In this document: positions 26,947-35,199 of the stretch, piece after piece
Position numbering within the stretch: the stretch's first letter is position 1
Layout of the letters: every line of letters starts with the position of its first letter
Origin: Pirellulales bacterium
GTDB taxonomy: Bacteria > Planctomycetota > Planctomycetia > Pirellulales > JAICIG01
Assembly (NCBI GenBank): GCA_035533075.1
Contig: DATLUO010000081.1
Span: 50,292 to 114,291, forward strand
Reading direction: 5' to 3'
Length of the DNA: 64,000 bases
Notes under the pieces: generated by a model
Seen by the model: only the letters and a program-made list of their open reading frames with translations
Databases searched by the model: none
What the model was told of the DNA's origin: nothing
Translations under genes and position numbers: made by a program

Positions 26947-28248
26947 ATGCCACAAATCGAAGCCTTTCGAGCACTTCGCTACGACCTGGGTCACGTCGGC
27001 TCGCTCAGCGACGTCGTCGCCCCGCCCTACGACGTGATCGGCCCGGACCTGCAGGACCAGCTTTATAAACGTCACCCGGCCAACTGCATCCGGCTGATCC
27101 TGAACCGAGAAGAACCTGGTGACGACGTCCAAAACAACCGCTATAGCCGGGCGGCCCGGTTCTTGAAGAACTGGCGCGACGAAGGCGTGCTGCGGACCGA
27201 GCCCGACCCTGCCGTCTATGTCTACCACTCGCAATTCGACTACGCCGGCAAGACCTATCGCCGCCGGGGCTTCATGGCCCGCATTCGGTTGGAGCGGTTC
27301 GGCGAAGGAAAGATCTTCCCCCACGAAGAGACGATGGCCGGTCCGAAGCAAGACCGTCTAATGCTCACCCGCGCCTGCAAAGCCAACTTGAGCCAAGTGT
27401 TTGGGCTTTATCCCGATGCCGATAGCGAAGCGCAGCAGTTGCTGGAAGCGGCGATCGCAGGCGCCGCGCCGATCGAAGCGACCGACCACCTGGGCGTCAT
27501 CCACCGGATCTGGCCCGTCGCCGACGTGAAGACGATCTCGCAGCTTGCGGCGCTGATGGGACCCAAGCCCGTGTTCATTGCCGACGGGCATCACCGCTAT
27601 GAAACGGCCTGCAACTATCGCGATGAGCTGGCTGCCCGCGGGCCGCTGCCGGCGAGCCATCCGGCGAACTACGTGCTGATGATGTGCGTAGGAATGAGCG
27701 ATCCGGGCATGATCGTGCTTCCCACGCACCGTCTTTTCCGCGGCCTGCCGGCCATGAACTCCGGGGAGCTGATCGCCAAGCTGGGCAACGCATTCACCAC
27801 GCGCATCGCGGGCGAAGGCGCCGACCTGGCCCCAACGGTCTGGGAAGAAATCGAGTACTCCGGAGAGCAAGGCACGCTCGGTCTTTACACCGCTGCCGAC
27901 GAACGCTGGGTGGTGGCGACCGTCACGGACGCCGGTCGCGCCAAAATGGCGGAATTGGCCGCCGATCACAGCCCGGCCTGGCACGGGCTGGGCGTGGCGG
28001 TCCTGCACCGCCTGGTGGTCGATCACCTGCTGGCGGCCCGCGACTTGCCAAAACCACGATACGTACACTTGGTAGAGGAGGTCGTCGAAGGGTTGGCGGG
28101 GGACGAGTTTCCACTGGCGGCGCTGGTCATGCCCGCCACCGTCGATCACGTGCGGCAGATCAGCGAGCACCGGGAACGCATGCCGGCCAAGAGCACGTAT
28201 TTCTATCCCAAGCTGCTCAGCGGTTTGGTCTTTAATCCGCTGGAATGA
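26947..28248 (+). CDS. DUF1015 family protein
   Basis: MPQIEAFRALRYDLGHVGSLSDVVAPPYDVI is the characteristic DUF1015 N-terminus. 433 aa. Confidence 0.8.
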   Translation: MPQIEAFRALRYDLGHVGSLSDVVAPPYDVIGPDLQDQLYKRHPANCIRLILNREEPGDDVQNNRYSRAARFLKNWRDEGVLRTEPDPAVYVYHSQFDYAGKTYRRRGFMARIRLERFGEGKIFPHEETMAGPKQDRLMLTRACKANLSQVFGLYPDADSEAQQLLEAAIAGAAPIEATDHLGVIHRIWPVADVKTISQLAALMGPKPVFIADGHHRYETACNYRDELAARGPLPASHPANYVLMMCVGMSDPGMIVLPTHRLFRGLPAMNSGELIAKLGNAFTTRIAGEGADLAPTVWEEIEYSGEQGTLGLYTAADERWVVATVTDAGRAKMAELAADHSPAWHGLGVAVLHRLVVDHLLAARDLPKPRYVHLVEEVVEGLAGDEFPLAALVMPATVDHVRQISEHRERMPAKSTYFYPKLLSGLVFNPLE

Positions 28249-28318
28249 CGGCGTCCGGTCGGCTTGGCCCACCTTACGCCCGCAACGCATGTCGGACCGG
28301 TTTTGCCGCATAGCGCGG

Positions 28319-28334
28319 GTTTCACGTGAAACCC
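28319..28334. promoter_or_regulatory. parS: parS centromere-like site 1
   Basis: ggtttcacgtgaaacc matches 14 of 16 positions of the consensus TGTTNCACGTGAAACA. It is embedded in a 20-bp perfect palindrome at 28317-28336, about 160 nt upstream of parA. Confidence 0.8.
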
Positions 28335-28360
28335 GGATCTGCCCGCTGCTCCGTTGGTGC

Positions 28361-28376
28361 GTTCCACGTGGAACGC
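28361..28376. promoter_or_regulatory. parS: parS centromere-like site 2 (symmetrised GTTCCAC half-sites)
   Basis: cgttccacgtggaacg lies within an 18-bp perfect palindrome at 28360-28377. The GTTCCAC half-site is the one found in Bacillus parS. Confidence 0.7.
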
Positions 28377-28492
28377 GACGGTTGTTCCGTCGCGGCCGAC
28401 GCTTTGATATTCCGCGCCGGGCAACCACAGTGCTAGAATCCCATCCGCGAATCGTGGCGGCCAGGTCGAGCTTTAGAACCAAGGAACCAGCC

Positions 28493-29239
28493 GTGGGCCG
28501 GACTTTGTGCGTGGCCAATCAGAAGGGCGGCGTGGGCAAGACGACCACCGCCGTCAACCTGGCCGTTGCGCTGGCCAAAAGCGGCGCCCGCACGCTGCTC
28601 ATCGACCTCGATCCCCAGTGCAACGCCACCAGCGGCCTGGGCCAGCGTCCGGCCGAACATCATCCACTGGTCTCGTCGCAGCCCTTCAAAGAGGCACTTT
28701 TCCAGACCACCACCGTCAATTTGGAGTTGTTGCCCGGCAGCCGCAACTTCCGCGACGTCGACGCCTTGGCCCAGGGCAACGAGAGCCGGTCGGCCACGCT
28801 CAGGCAGCACCTCGACGCCGGACTGACCGCTTACGACTTCGTGCTGATCGATTGCCCGCCCTCGCTCGGGCAGCTTACGCGGCTGGCCCTGGCCAGCTCT
28901 ACGGAAGTGCTGATGCCGATTCAGTGCGAGTATTTTGCGATGGAGGGCCTGACGCAGATGATCGAGGTCATTCGCGAAGTGATGCAGCAGGAGCCCGGCC
29001 GGCTGCGGTTCGGCGGCATCTTGCTGACGATGTACGACCACGCTTTGGAGCTGGCCCGCGAGGTCGACGACGAGGTCCGCGACTTCTTCGGCGAGATCGT
29101 TTACCGCACTGTGATTCCGCGTGACGTGGCGGTGTCGGAAGCGCCCAGCCACGCGCTGTCTGTGATTGATTACGCGCCGCGCACGAGGGGTGCGCGGGCT
29201 TATGTCGAACTTTGCATGGAGGTTTTGGAAAATGAGTAA
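28493..29239 (+). CDS. parA: Chromosome partitioning ATPase ParA/Soj
   Basis: LCVANQKGGVGKTTTAVNLAVALA is the deviant Walker A, followed by LLIDLDPQCNATSGLG. GTG at 28493 follows aaggaaccagcc. Confidence 0.9.
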   Translation: MGRTLCVANQKGGVGKTTTAVNLAVALAKSGARTLLIDLDPQCNATSGLGQRPAEHHPLVSSQPFKEALFQTTTVNLELLPGSRNFRDVDALAQGNESRSATLRQHLDAGLTAYDFVLIDCPPSLGQLTRLALASSTEVLMPIQCEYFAMEGLTQMIEVIREVMQQEPGRLRFGGILLTMYDHALELAREVDDEVRDFFGEIVYRTVIPRDVAVSEAPSHALSVIDYAPRTRGARAYVELCMEVLENE

Positions 29240-30167
29240 AGAGCGACGTTTGGGACGTGGTTTGGAGGCACTTCTCGGCACGCCGCCGGCCGGGCAAGCG
29301 GCGCCTACGGCCAGCGCGACTTCGGCCGGGCCCTTGCGGGTGAGCGTTTACGATATCGAAGCCAACCCTTATCAGCCCCGCCGCGAGTTCGACGAAACGG
29401 AGATCGACCAGCTTTGCGAGAGCTTGCAGCAGCACGGCCTATTGCAGCCGGTGCTGGTCCGCCGCATCGAAGAGCGCTATCAGCTCGTGGCCGGCGAGCG
29501 GCGGCTGCGCGCGGCCATCAAGGCGGGCTGGGCCGATGTGCCGGTGCAGCTCATCGAGGCCGACGATCGCAAAACGGCCGAAATCGCCATTGTCGAGAAT
29601 CTGCAACGCAAGGACTTGAACGCATTGGAAAAGGCCGCCTCGTTCCAACGCTATTTGGAAACCTATCAATGCACGCAGGACGAGTTGGCCCGCCGCCTGC
29701 AACTCGATCGCTCGACGATCGCCAATCTGATTCGGCTGCTGGAATTGCCCGAGCCGGTCCAGCACTCGGTCCGCTCGGGCGCGGTCAGTCCCGGACATGC
29801 TCGTGCTTTGCTTCCGCTGGGCGACGAGCAGCAGCAGGTCGCGTTCTGCCAACGGATCGTGGCCGAAGGGCTGAGCGTTCGGGCAACCGAGACGCTCGTT
29901 CAGGACACAATTCGCACGGCCGACGAGGAGCCGCTGAGCGTTGTGTCGGGCGACGGTGAGCCGGCCAAGACCCCTCGCAAACGTCAGCCGAACCTAACCT
30001 CGCTGGAGCAGGAGTTCCGCACGGCGCTGGGCACGAAGGTCGACGTGCGCCAGGGCGCCAAGGGCCGCGGTCGCATCGTGATTCACTTTGCCAACGCCGA
30101 CGAATTTGAGCGACTTCACGCCTCCCTTTGCGCCGAGGGTCGGCAGTTGCGGAGCCAGGTGGGATGA
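29232..30167 (+). CDS. parB: Chromosome partitioning protein ParB/Spo0J
   Basis: MSKERRLGRGLEALLG, the ParB box QLVAGERRLRAAIKAG, and the HTH QDELARRLQLDRSTIANLIRLL. Overlaps parA by 8 nt. Confidence 0.9.
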   Translation: MSKERRLGRGLEALLGTPPAGQAAPTASATSAGPLRVSVYDIEANPYQPRREFDETEIDQLCESLQQHGLLQPVLVRRIEERYQLVAGERRLRAAIKAGWADVPVQLIEADDRKTAEIAIVENLQRKDLNALEKAASFQRYLETYQCTQDELARRLQLDRSTIANLIRLLELPEPVQHSVRSGAVSPGHARALLPLGDEQQQVAFCQRIVAEGLSVRATETLVQDTIRTADEEPLSVVSGDGEPAKTPRKRQPNLTSLEQEFRTALGTKVDVRQGAKGRGRIVIHFANADEFERLHASLCAEGRQLRSQVG

Positions 30168-30209
30168 GCACCGGATTCGCCCTAAGCTGTGCGCGACTCG
30201 CTTTGATAT

Positions 30210-30249
30210 GTAAGGTGGGGCAAGCGAGCTCGCGAGCGCCGGCCCACCG
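30210..30249 (+). repeat. REP-like 40-nt palindromic element, copy 2
   Basis: gtaaggtggggcaagcgagctcgcgagcgccggcccaccg, 43 nt after the parB stop. Inner palindrome is gcgagctcgc. Confidence 0.7.
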
Positions 30250-30475
30250 TTGTCGACGAACTGCGGCTGGGTGGGTCATTAGCGGTCGCCGTCTGGTCGT
30301 GCCTGCCGCAACCGACGGACTTCCGCCTCAAGCTCCGCGACGCGCCGCCGTTCGGCTTCAGCCTGTCGCTCTGCCCTGGCCGCGCGCCGCTTGACATCGT
30401 CAGGTTTCGATGGGCTTGATTGCCAAGTATTCGAGCCAGATTTATTGCACCGCGCAACGATCGCGAAGTCAAACC

Positions 30476-31450
30476 TCAATAATTCGGCGTCGGGGGGCGG
30501 TAGTGCCGCAGGTCGATGGAGCGAAACCAAGCGATGGTCGGCACCAGTCCCTCGCGCAGCGGCACCTTCGGCTCCCAGCCAAGACGCTGTTTCGCCAAAG
30601 TGATGTCGGGCCGGCGTTGCTGCGGGTCGTCCGCCGGTGCCGGCTCATAGACGAGCTTTGACTTGGATCCGGTCAGTTCCAGCACGAGCTGGGCCAGTTC
30701 TTTGATCGTGAACTCGCCTGGATTGCCCAGATTGACCGGGCCGACAAAATCGTCCGGCCCGTTCATCATGCGGATCATCCCCTCCAACAGGTCGTCGCGG
30801 AAGCAGAAGCTACGCGTTTGCTCGCCCGTGCCGAAGATGGTGATGTCGCGGCCGGCCAGCGCCTGCTGGATGAAGTTCGACACGACGCGACCGTCGAAGG
30901 GGTGCATGCCCGGCCCGTAGGTGTTGAAGATCCGCACCACGCGAATATCCACCCGGTTCATGCGGTGATAGTCGAAAAACAGCGTCTCGGCCGCCCGCTT
31001 GCCTTCGTCGTAGCAGGCCCTCGATCCGATGGGGTTCACCGATCCGCGATAGCTTTCCGGCTGGGGATGGACCTCGGGGTCGCCGTAGACCTCGCTGGTC
31101 GAGGCTTGCAGCACTTTGGCCCGGCAGCGTTTGGCCATGCCCAGCACGTTGATCGCACCCATCACGGAGGTTTTCATCGTCTTGATGGGATTGTACTGGT
31201 AATGGCCCGGCGCGGCCGGACAAGCCAGGTTGTAAATCTCGTCGACCTCCAGCCAGACCGGCTGCGTGACGTCGTGGCGGACCAGCTCGAAGTTGGGCCG
31301 TGCCAGCAGGTGCGAGACGTTGCTCTTCTGGCTCGTGAAGAAATTATCGAGGCAGATCACGTCGTGCCCTTCCTCGACCAATCGCTCGCAGAGCTTCGAG
31401 CCGAGAAAGCCGGCGCCGCCGGTCACGAGAATGCGTTTGATGTTAGGCAC
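30476..31450 (-). CDS. UDP-glucuronate decarboxylase (UDP-xylose synthase)-like NAD-dependent SDR
   Basis: [53 protein letters not shown] and the YDEGKR catalytic motif. Confidence 0.85.
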   Translation of the reverse strand: MPNIKRILVTGGAGFLGSKLCERLVEEGHDVICLDNFFTSQKSNVSHLLARPNFELVRHDVTQPVWLEVDEIYNLACPAAPGHYQYNPIKTMKTSVMGAINVLGMAKRCRAKVLQASTSEVYGDPEVHPQPESYRGSVNPIGSRACYDEGKRAAETLFFDYHRMNRVDIRVVRIFNTYGPGMHPFDGRVVSNFIQQALAGRDITIFGTGEQTRSFCFRDDLLEGMIRMMNGPDDFVGPVNLGNPGEFTIKELAQLVLELTGSKSKLVYEPAPADDPQQRRPDITLAKQRLGWEPKVPLREGLVPTIAWFRSIDLRHYRPPTPNY

Positions 31451-31456
31451 AGATGA

Positions 31457-31484
31457 GGGTTCAGGGTTCAGGGTTCAGGGTTCA
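31457..31484. repeat. Heptamer tandem repeat (gggttca x4)
   Basis: Four perfect head-to-tail copies, 7 nt beyond the divergent UXS-like start and about 110 nt upstream of uvrD. Confidence 0.95.
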
Positions 31485-31595
31485 GGATCCGCGACGGCCA
31501 TCCGCAGTAATCTTAGCTCATGCCGTTTGGGAGGTATACCGACCGCGGTCCCGGCGTGTTGGCGTCGCCGGGCGATGCGGATAGGATTGTGCAGG

Positions 31596-33935
31596 ATGGA
31601 GCGAGTGAGCGACGTTCTTGATTCCCTTACCCCGGCCCAGCGCCAGGCCGTCGAACATATCGACGGGCCGCTGTTGATCCTGGCCGGACCCGGCAGCGGC
31701 AAAACGCGCGTCGTCACGCACCGCATCGCCAACCTGCTGCGGCACGGCATCGCGGCCAGGCAGATCCTCGCCCTGACGTTCACCAACAAGGCGGCCGACG
31801 AAATGAAAAGCCGCGTCGAGCGGCTCGCGCCGGGCCAAGCGGTGTGGATCGGCACCTTCCACCGCTTTTGCGCGCGGCTGTTGCGGCAGTATGCTCCGCT
31901 GGTCGGCCTGCAAGAGAACTATACGATTTATGACACCGGCGACAGCGCCGCCGTACTGCGTCGCGCCTGCCACGAGGCCCATGCCGACGGCAAGCACTTT
32001 ACGCCCCAGCAGGTTGCCACCGCCATAAGCTGGGCCAAGAACAACCTCATCCTTCCCGACGACTACCAGCCCCGCATCGGGCAACCGCTGGGGGCCGTCG
32101 TGGCCAAAGTTTATCCGACCTATCAGCGACGGCTGCTCGCCTCGAACGCCGTCGATTTCGACGACCTCTTGCTTCACGTGGCCACGCTGCTGCGGGCCAA
32201 CCCCGAGCTGCGCGAGACGCTCGACGCGCGCTACCGCTATATCCTGGTCGACGAGTATCAAGACACCAATCTGGCGCAGTACGCCATCGTGCGGGCGCTG
32301 TCGGTCAGCTATCCCAATCTCTCGGTGACGGGCGACCCCGACCAGTCGATCTACGGCTGGCGCGGGGCAAACATCAACAACATCCTCAACTTCGAGCACG
32401 ACTTTCCGAACGTGCATGTGGTCCGCTTGGAGCAGAACTATCGCAGCACCAAGCGCATTTTGCGGGTTGCGGCCGAGTTGATTTCGCACAATCAGCGCCG
32501 CAAAAAAAAGGGGCTGTTCACCGACAACCCCGAAGGCCCGCCGGTGCGCTACGTGGCCTACCCGAACCAGGCCGAAGAGGCCGACCACATCGCCGCGCAG
32601 ATCGCCGAAGCCATCCACAGCGGCCGCCGCCGGCCGAGCGATTTTGCCATCTTTTATCGGGTCAATGCCCTGTCGCGGGCCTTGGAGTTCGCCCTGCGTC
32701 GCGCCGGCATTCCCTATCAGATGGTCAACGGCGTCGAGTTCTACCAGCGAAAGGAGATCAAGGACGTACTCGCCTACCTGATGCTGCTCAACAACCCGCG
32801 CGACGACATGGCCTTCTTGCGGACCGTCAACACGCCCCCGCGCGGCATCGGCAAGTCGACCCTCGACCGCCTGGCGGACTACGCCACGCGCCGCGGCAAG
32901 TCGCTCTTGGAAGCCGCCCGCGAGGCCGGCATCATCGAAGCCATTCCCAAGAAGGCCGCCGTGGCCGTGGCACGGTTTGTGGCCCTCTTCGACCGCTTGA
33001 ACCTGGTGTCGATGCGGCCCGTCGAAGAGATTCTTGGCCACGTGCTCAATGAGACCGGCTATCAGGCGCCGCTGGCGGAAAGCGGCCTCGAGGAAGACCA
33101 GGAGCGGCTGGCCAATATCCAAGAGCTGCTCACCGCCGCCCGTGAGTTCGACGAGCTGGCTCCGGGCGAGGGACATCTCGAAGAATTCTTGGAGGAAGTC
33201 TGTCTGATCAACGACGTCGACGTCTGGGAGCCCTCGGACGACCGCGTGGCGATGATGACCCTGCACGCTTCCAAGGGCCTGGAGTTCCCCTGCGTCTACA
33301 TCGTGGCCATCGAAGAGGGAATTTTGCCGCACGAACGCGCCCAGAACGACCTCAATGATCTGGAAGAAGAGCGGCGGCTGCTGTTCGTCGGCATCACGCG
33401 GGCGGAGGAAGAATTGCAGCTTAGCCTGGCGCAGTACCGGGAGTTTCGCGGCCGGCGGAAGATGTCGGTGCCGAGCAAGTTCCTGATGGAGTTGCCGCGC
33501 GACGAGCTCGACGCGACCGAAGCCGTCTGGGCGGAGCCGGCCGCAGCCCTGCCCGACGTCCACGAGTGGGAGGATGCATCGCCGCACGATATGGTCGAGC
33601 TCCACGCGCATGAGGACGAGGTTGTGTGGCAACCGCCGGAAGCGACGGAGAATGCGGGCCGCGGCCAGGCCCGTTTACCGTCGTTGACCACTGCGGCGCA
33701 GCTTGCTTCGGCTGCCGGGAGTGCGACGGGGCTCTCGCCCGAAGCGTTTCATCAGGGCATGGTCGTGTTGCACCCTGAATACGGAATCGGCAAGGTTGTG
33801 GCGTTGTCGGGCAGCGGCCTGCGCCGCACGGCCACCGTCGCCTTCGCGACCGCCGGGCAGCGGAAGTTCGTCCTGGCGCAATCTCCCTTGCAGCCCCTCC
33901 GGCAAGAACCGCCGGCACAGCCGCCGCCGGCATGA
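31596..33935 (+). CDS. uvrD: UvrD/PcrA-family ATP-dependent DNA helicase
   Basis: LLILAGPGSGKTRVVTHRIANLL (motif I), ILVDEYQDTN (motif II), NYRST, TLHASKGLEFP, VGITRAEEEL. C-terminal Tudor-like GMVVLHPEYGIGKVV. Confidence 0.9.
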   Translation: MERVSDVLDSLTPAQRQAVEHIDGPLLILAGPGSGKTRVVTHRIANLLRHGIAARQILALTFTNKAADEMKSRVERLAPGQAVWIGTFHRFCARLLRQYAPLVGLQENYTIYDTGDSAAVLRRACHEAHADGKHFTPQQVATAISWAKNNLILPDDYQPRIGQPLGAVVAKVYPTYQRRLLASNAVDFDDLLLHVATLLRANPELRETLDARYRYILVDEYQDTNLAQYAIVRALSVSYPNLSVTGDPDQSIYGWRGANINNILNFEHDFPNVHVVRLEQNYRSTKRILRVAAELISHNQRRKKKGLFTDNPEGPPVRYVAYPNQAEEADHIAAQIAEAIHSGRRRPSDFAIFYRVNALSRALEFALRRAGIPYQMVNGVEFYQRKEIKDVLAYLMLLNNPRDDMAFLRTVNTPPRGIGKSTLDRLADYATRRGKSLLEAAREAGIIEAIPKKAAVAVARFVALFDRLNLVSMRPVEEILGHVLNETGYQAPLAESGLEEDQERLANIQELLTAAREFDELAPGEGHLEEFLEEVCLINDVDVWEPSDDRVAMMTLHASKGLEFPCVYIVAIEEGILPHERAQNDLNDLEEERRLLFVGITRAEEELQLSLAQYREFRGRRKMSVPSKFLMELPRDELDATEAVWAEPAAALPDVHEWEDASPHDMVELHAHEDEVVWQPPEATENAGRGQARLPSLTTAAQLASAAGSATGLSPEAFHQGMVVLHPEYGIGKVVALSGSGLRRTATVAFATAGQRKFVLAQSPLQPLRQEPPAQPPPA

Positions 33936-34058
33936 CGTCCGGACCCTTGGCGGGCACGAAAGAAAGTCAACCACCCGCCTCAACAGCAGAAACGCAACGG
34001 CGGTGGCTGGAGCAGAGCCGCGCCGATTGGGCAGTTCCTCGGAAACCGCTCCGCCGCG

Positions 34059-34090
34059 GCGATGCCCCGGTAGCGCCACCGGGGCATCGC
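34059..34090. terminator. Strong hairpin (13-bp perfect stem, 6-nt loop) downstream of uvrD
   Basis: gcgatgccccggt-agcgcc-accggggcatcgc, about 125 nt after the uvrD stop. No U-tract. Confidence 0.35.
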
Positions 34091-34285
34091 TGGCCGGCGG
34101 TACGTATTGCGCTGGCCGGATCGACTGCGGCCAGCTTCTGCCCCAGCCACCGGACCTGTCCCCGTGGAATACAGCAACTTGGCGGGCGGTTGAAGAAAGC
34201 CGTGGCGCGGGCGGCTTTTCACGGCGCCGTTTTGAGACGTCATCTATGTGAATAGTAATGTAACAAATAATTGTACTAGAACCAC

Positions 34286-34313
34286 TTGACTATTAAATGG
34301 GCGTGGGTACACT
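34286..34313 (+). promoter_or_regulatory. Putative sigma70-type promoter in an AT-rich patch upstream of the DUF3102 gene
   Basis: TTGACT (34286-34291), 16-nt spacer, TACACT (34308-34313). The surrounding ~80 nt is unusually AT-rich for this genome. Confidence 0.3.
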
Positions 34314-34379
34314 TAACCGTAATCGCGGCTCCGACGGTCGAAGCCGCATCCAGAATCGTTGTTTCAAAGGAGTTTGACC

Positions 34380-35039
34380 ATGAGTGACGAATTGAGAGCG
34401 AATGAAAATCAGCCGCCCGACCGCCAGGCCGACTTGGCGCGGCTGGCCCGGCGGGCCAACGAGGCGCACGGGCGGGTGGCGGAATCGCTGCAGCAAGCGG
34501 TGGCCAACGCCCTGGAAGTGGGCCGCGCCCTCTTGCAAGCGAGAGAAATCTGCGAGAAGGGGAAGTTCACCGCCTGGCTCGGGGCGAACTTCGATGGCGG
34601 ACCGAGCACCGCCCGAGGTTATATGCGCCTGGTCGTGAATTGGAACCAGGTGGGGGGTGATCACCAGCGCGCTGGTGATCTCAGCCAACGGCAGATCGCC
34701 AAACTGTTGAAGGGTCTGCCGCGATCCGACGGCCGCGCCAACCCGCACGCCGGCGCGGCAAATCAATTGCCGGCGCCGGCGGCCAGGGCGGTCGGCTCCG
34801 GCCAGCCCGCCTCCAGCAGTCCGCCGGAAAAGACGCCGGCCGTTGCCGCGGGCGGCGATCCGTTCGATCTCGTCGCGCGGCTGCTGGACCAACTGGTGGC
34901 CGAGTTGCAGCGTCTGGCCGGCGCGTGCCCGCAGCCGGACTCGTACGCGCAGCACCTGTTGCAGCCGCTGGATTACATTCGGCGGGGCATTCCCAAGCGA
35001 CGCTGGCTCTGGGACATGGTGCGGGCCATCGGGATCTGA
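34380..35039 (+). CDS. DUF3102-like protein
   Basis: ATG follows aaaggag. LARRANEAHGRVAESLQQAVANALEVGRALLQAREICEKGKFTAWLGANF...STARGYMRL fits the DUF3102 pattern as I recall it (often phage/plasmid-borne). Confidence 0.5.
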   Translation: MSDELRANENQPPDRQADLARLARRANEAHGRVAESLQQAVANALEVGRALLQAREICEKGKFTAWLGANFDGGPSTARGYMRLVVNWNQVGGDHQRAGDLSQRQIAKLLKGLPRSDGRANPHAGAANQLPAPAARAVGSGQPASSSPPEKTPAVAAGGDPFDLVARLLDQLVAELQRLAGACPQPDSYAQHLLQPLDYIRRGIPKRRWLWDMVRAIGI

Positions 35040-35175
35040 TCGCGGCGGCCGCCCGCCGCTTGCGATCGAACTGGCCGGTGAGACCACCGGCGCTCTGGTG
35101 GTCTTTGCCGGCCTACTTCGGTTCCGCGAACTTCTCGCCCACGAGGCCCAGACGCGCCTGTCTTTCTCGGGCGTG

Positions 35176-35181
35176 TATAAT
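35176..35181 (+). promoter_or_regulatory. Perfect TATAAT -10 box 18 nt upstream of paralog-1 ATG
   Basis: gtgTATAATcgaactcggtgggtcaat-ATG. No convincing -35 box. Confidence 0.3.
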
Positions 35182-35199
35182 CGAACTCGGTGGGTCAAT

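Noticed and set aside
30279-30530. 83-aa ORF with a coiled-coil-like Arg/Glu/Ala tail (RAARAERQAEAERRRVAELEAEVRRL)
   Set aside because: Its only start lies inside the 3' end of the UXS-like gene in another frame, and there is no RBS. The charged repeat can arise from GC-rich sequence. It is kept as a weak possibility only.
31518-33632. 704-aa ORF on the minus strand
   Set aside because: Antisense to the well-supported uvrD/pcrA helicase gene. No recognisable domains. GC-driven open frame.
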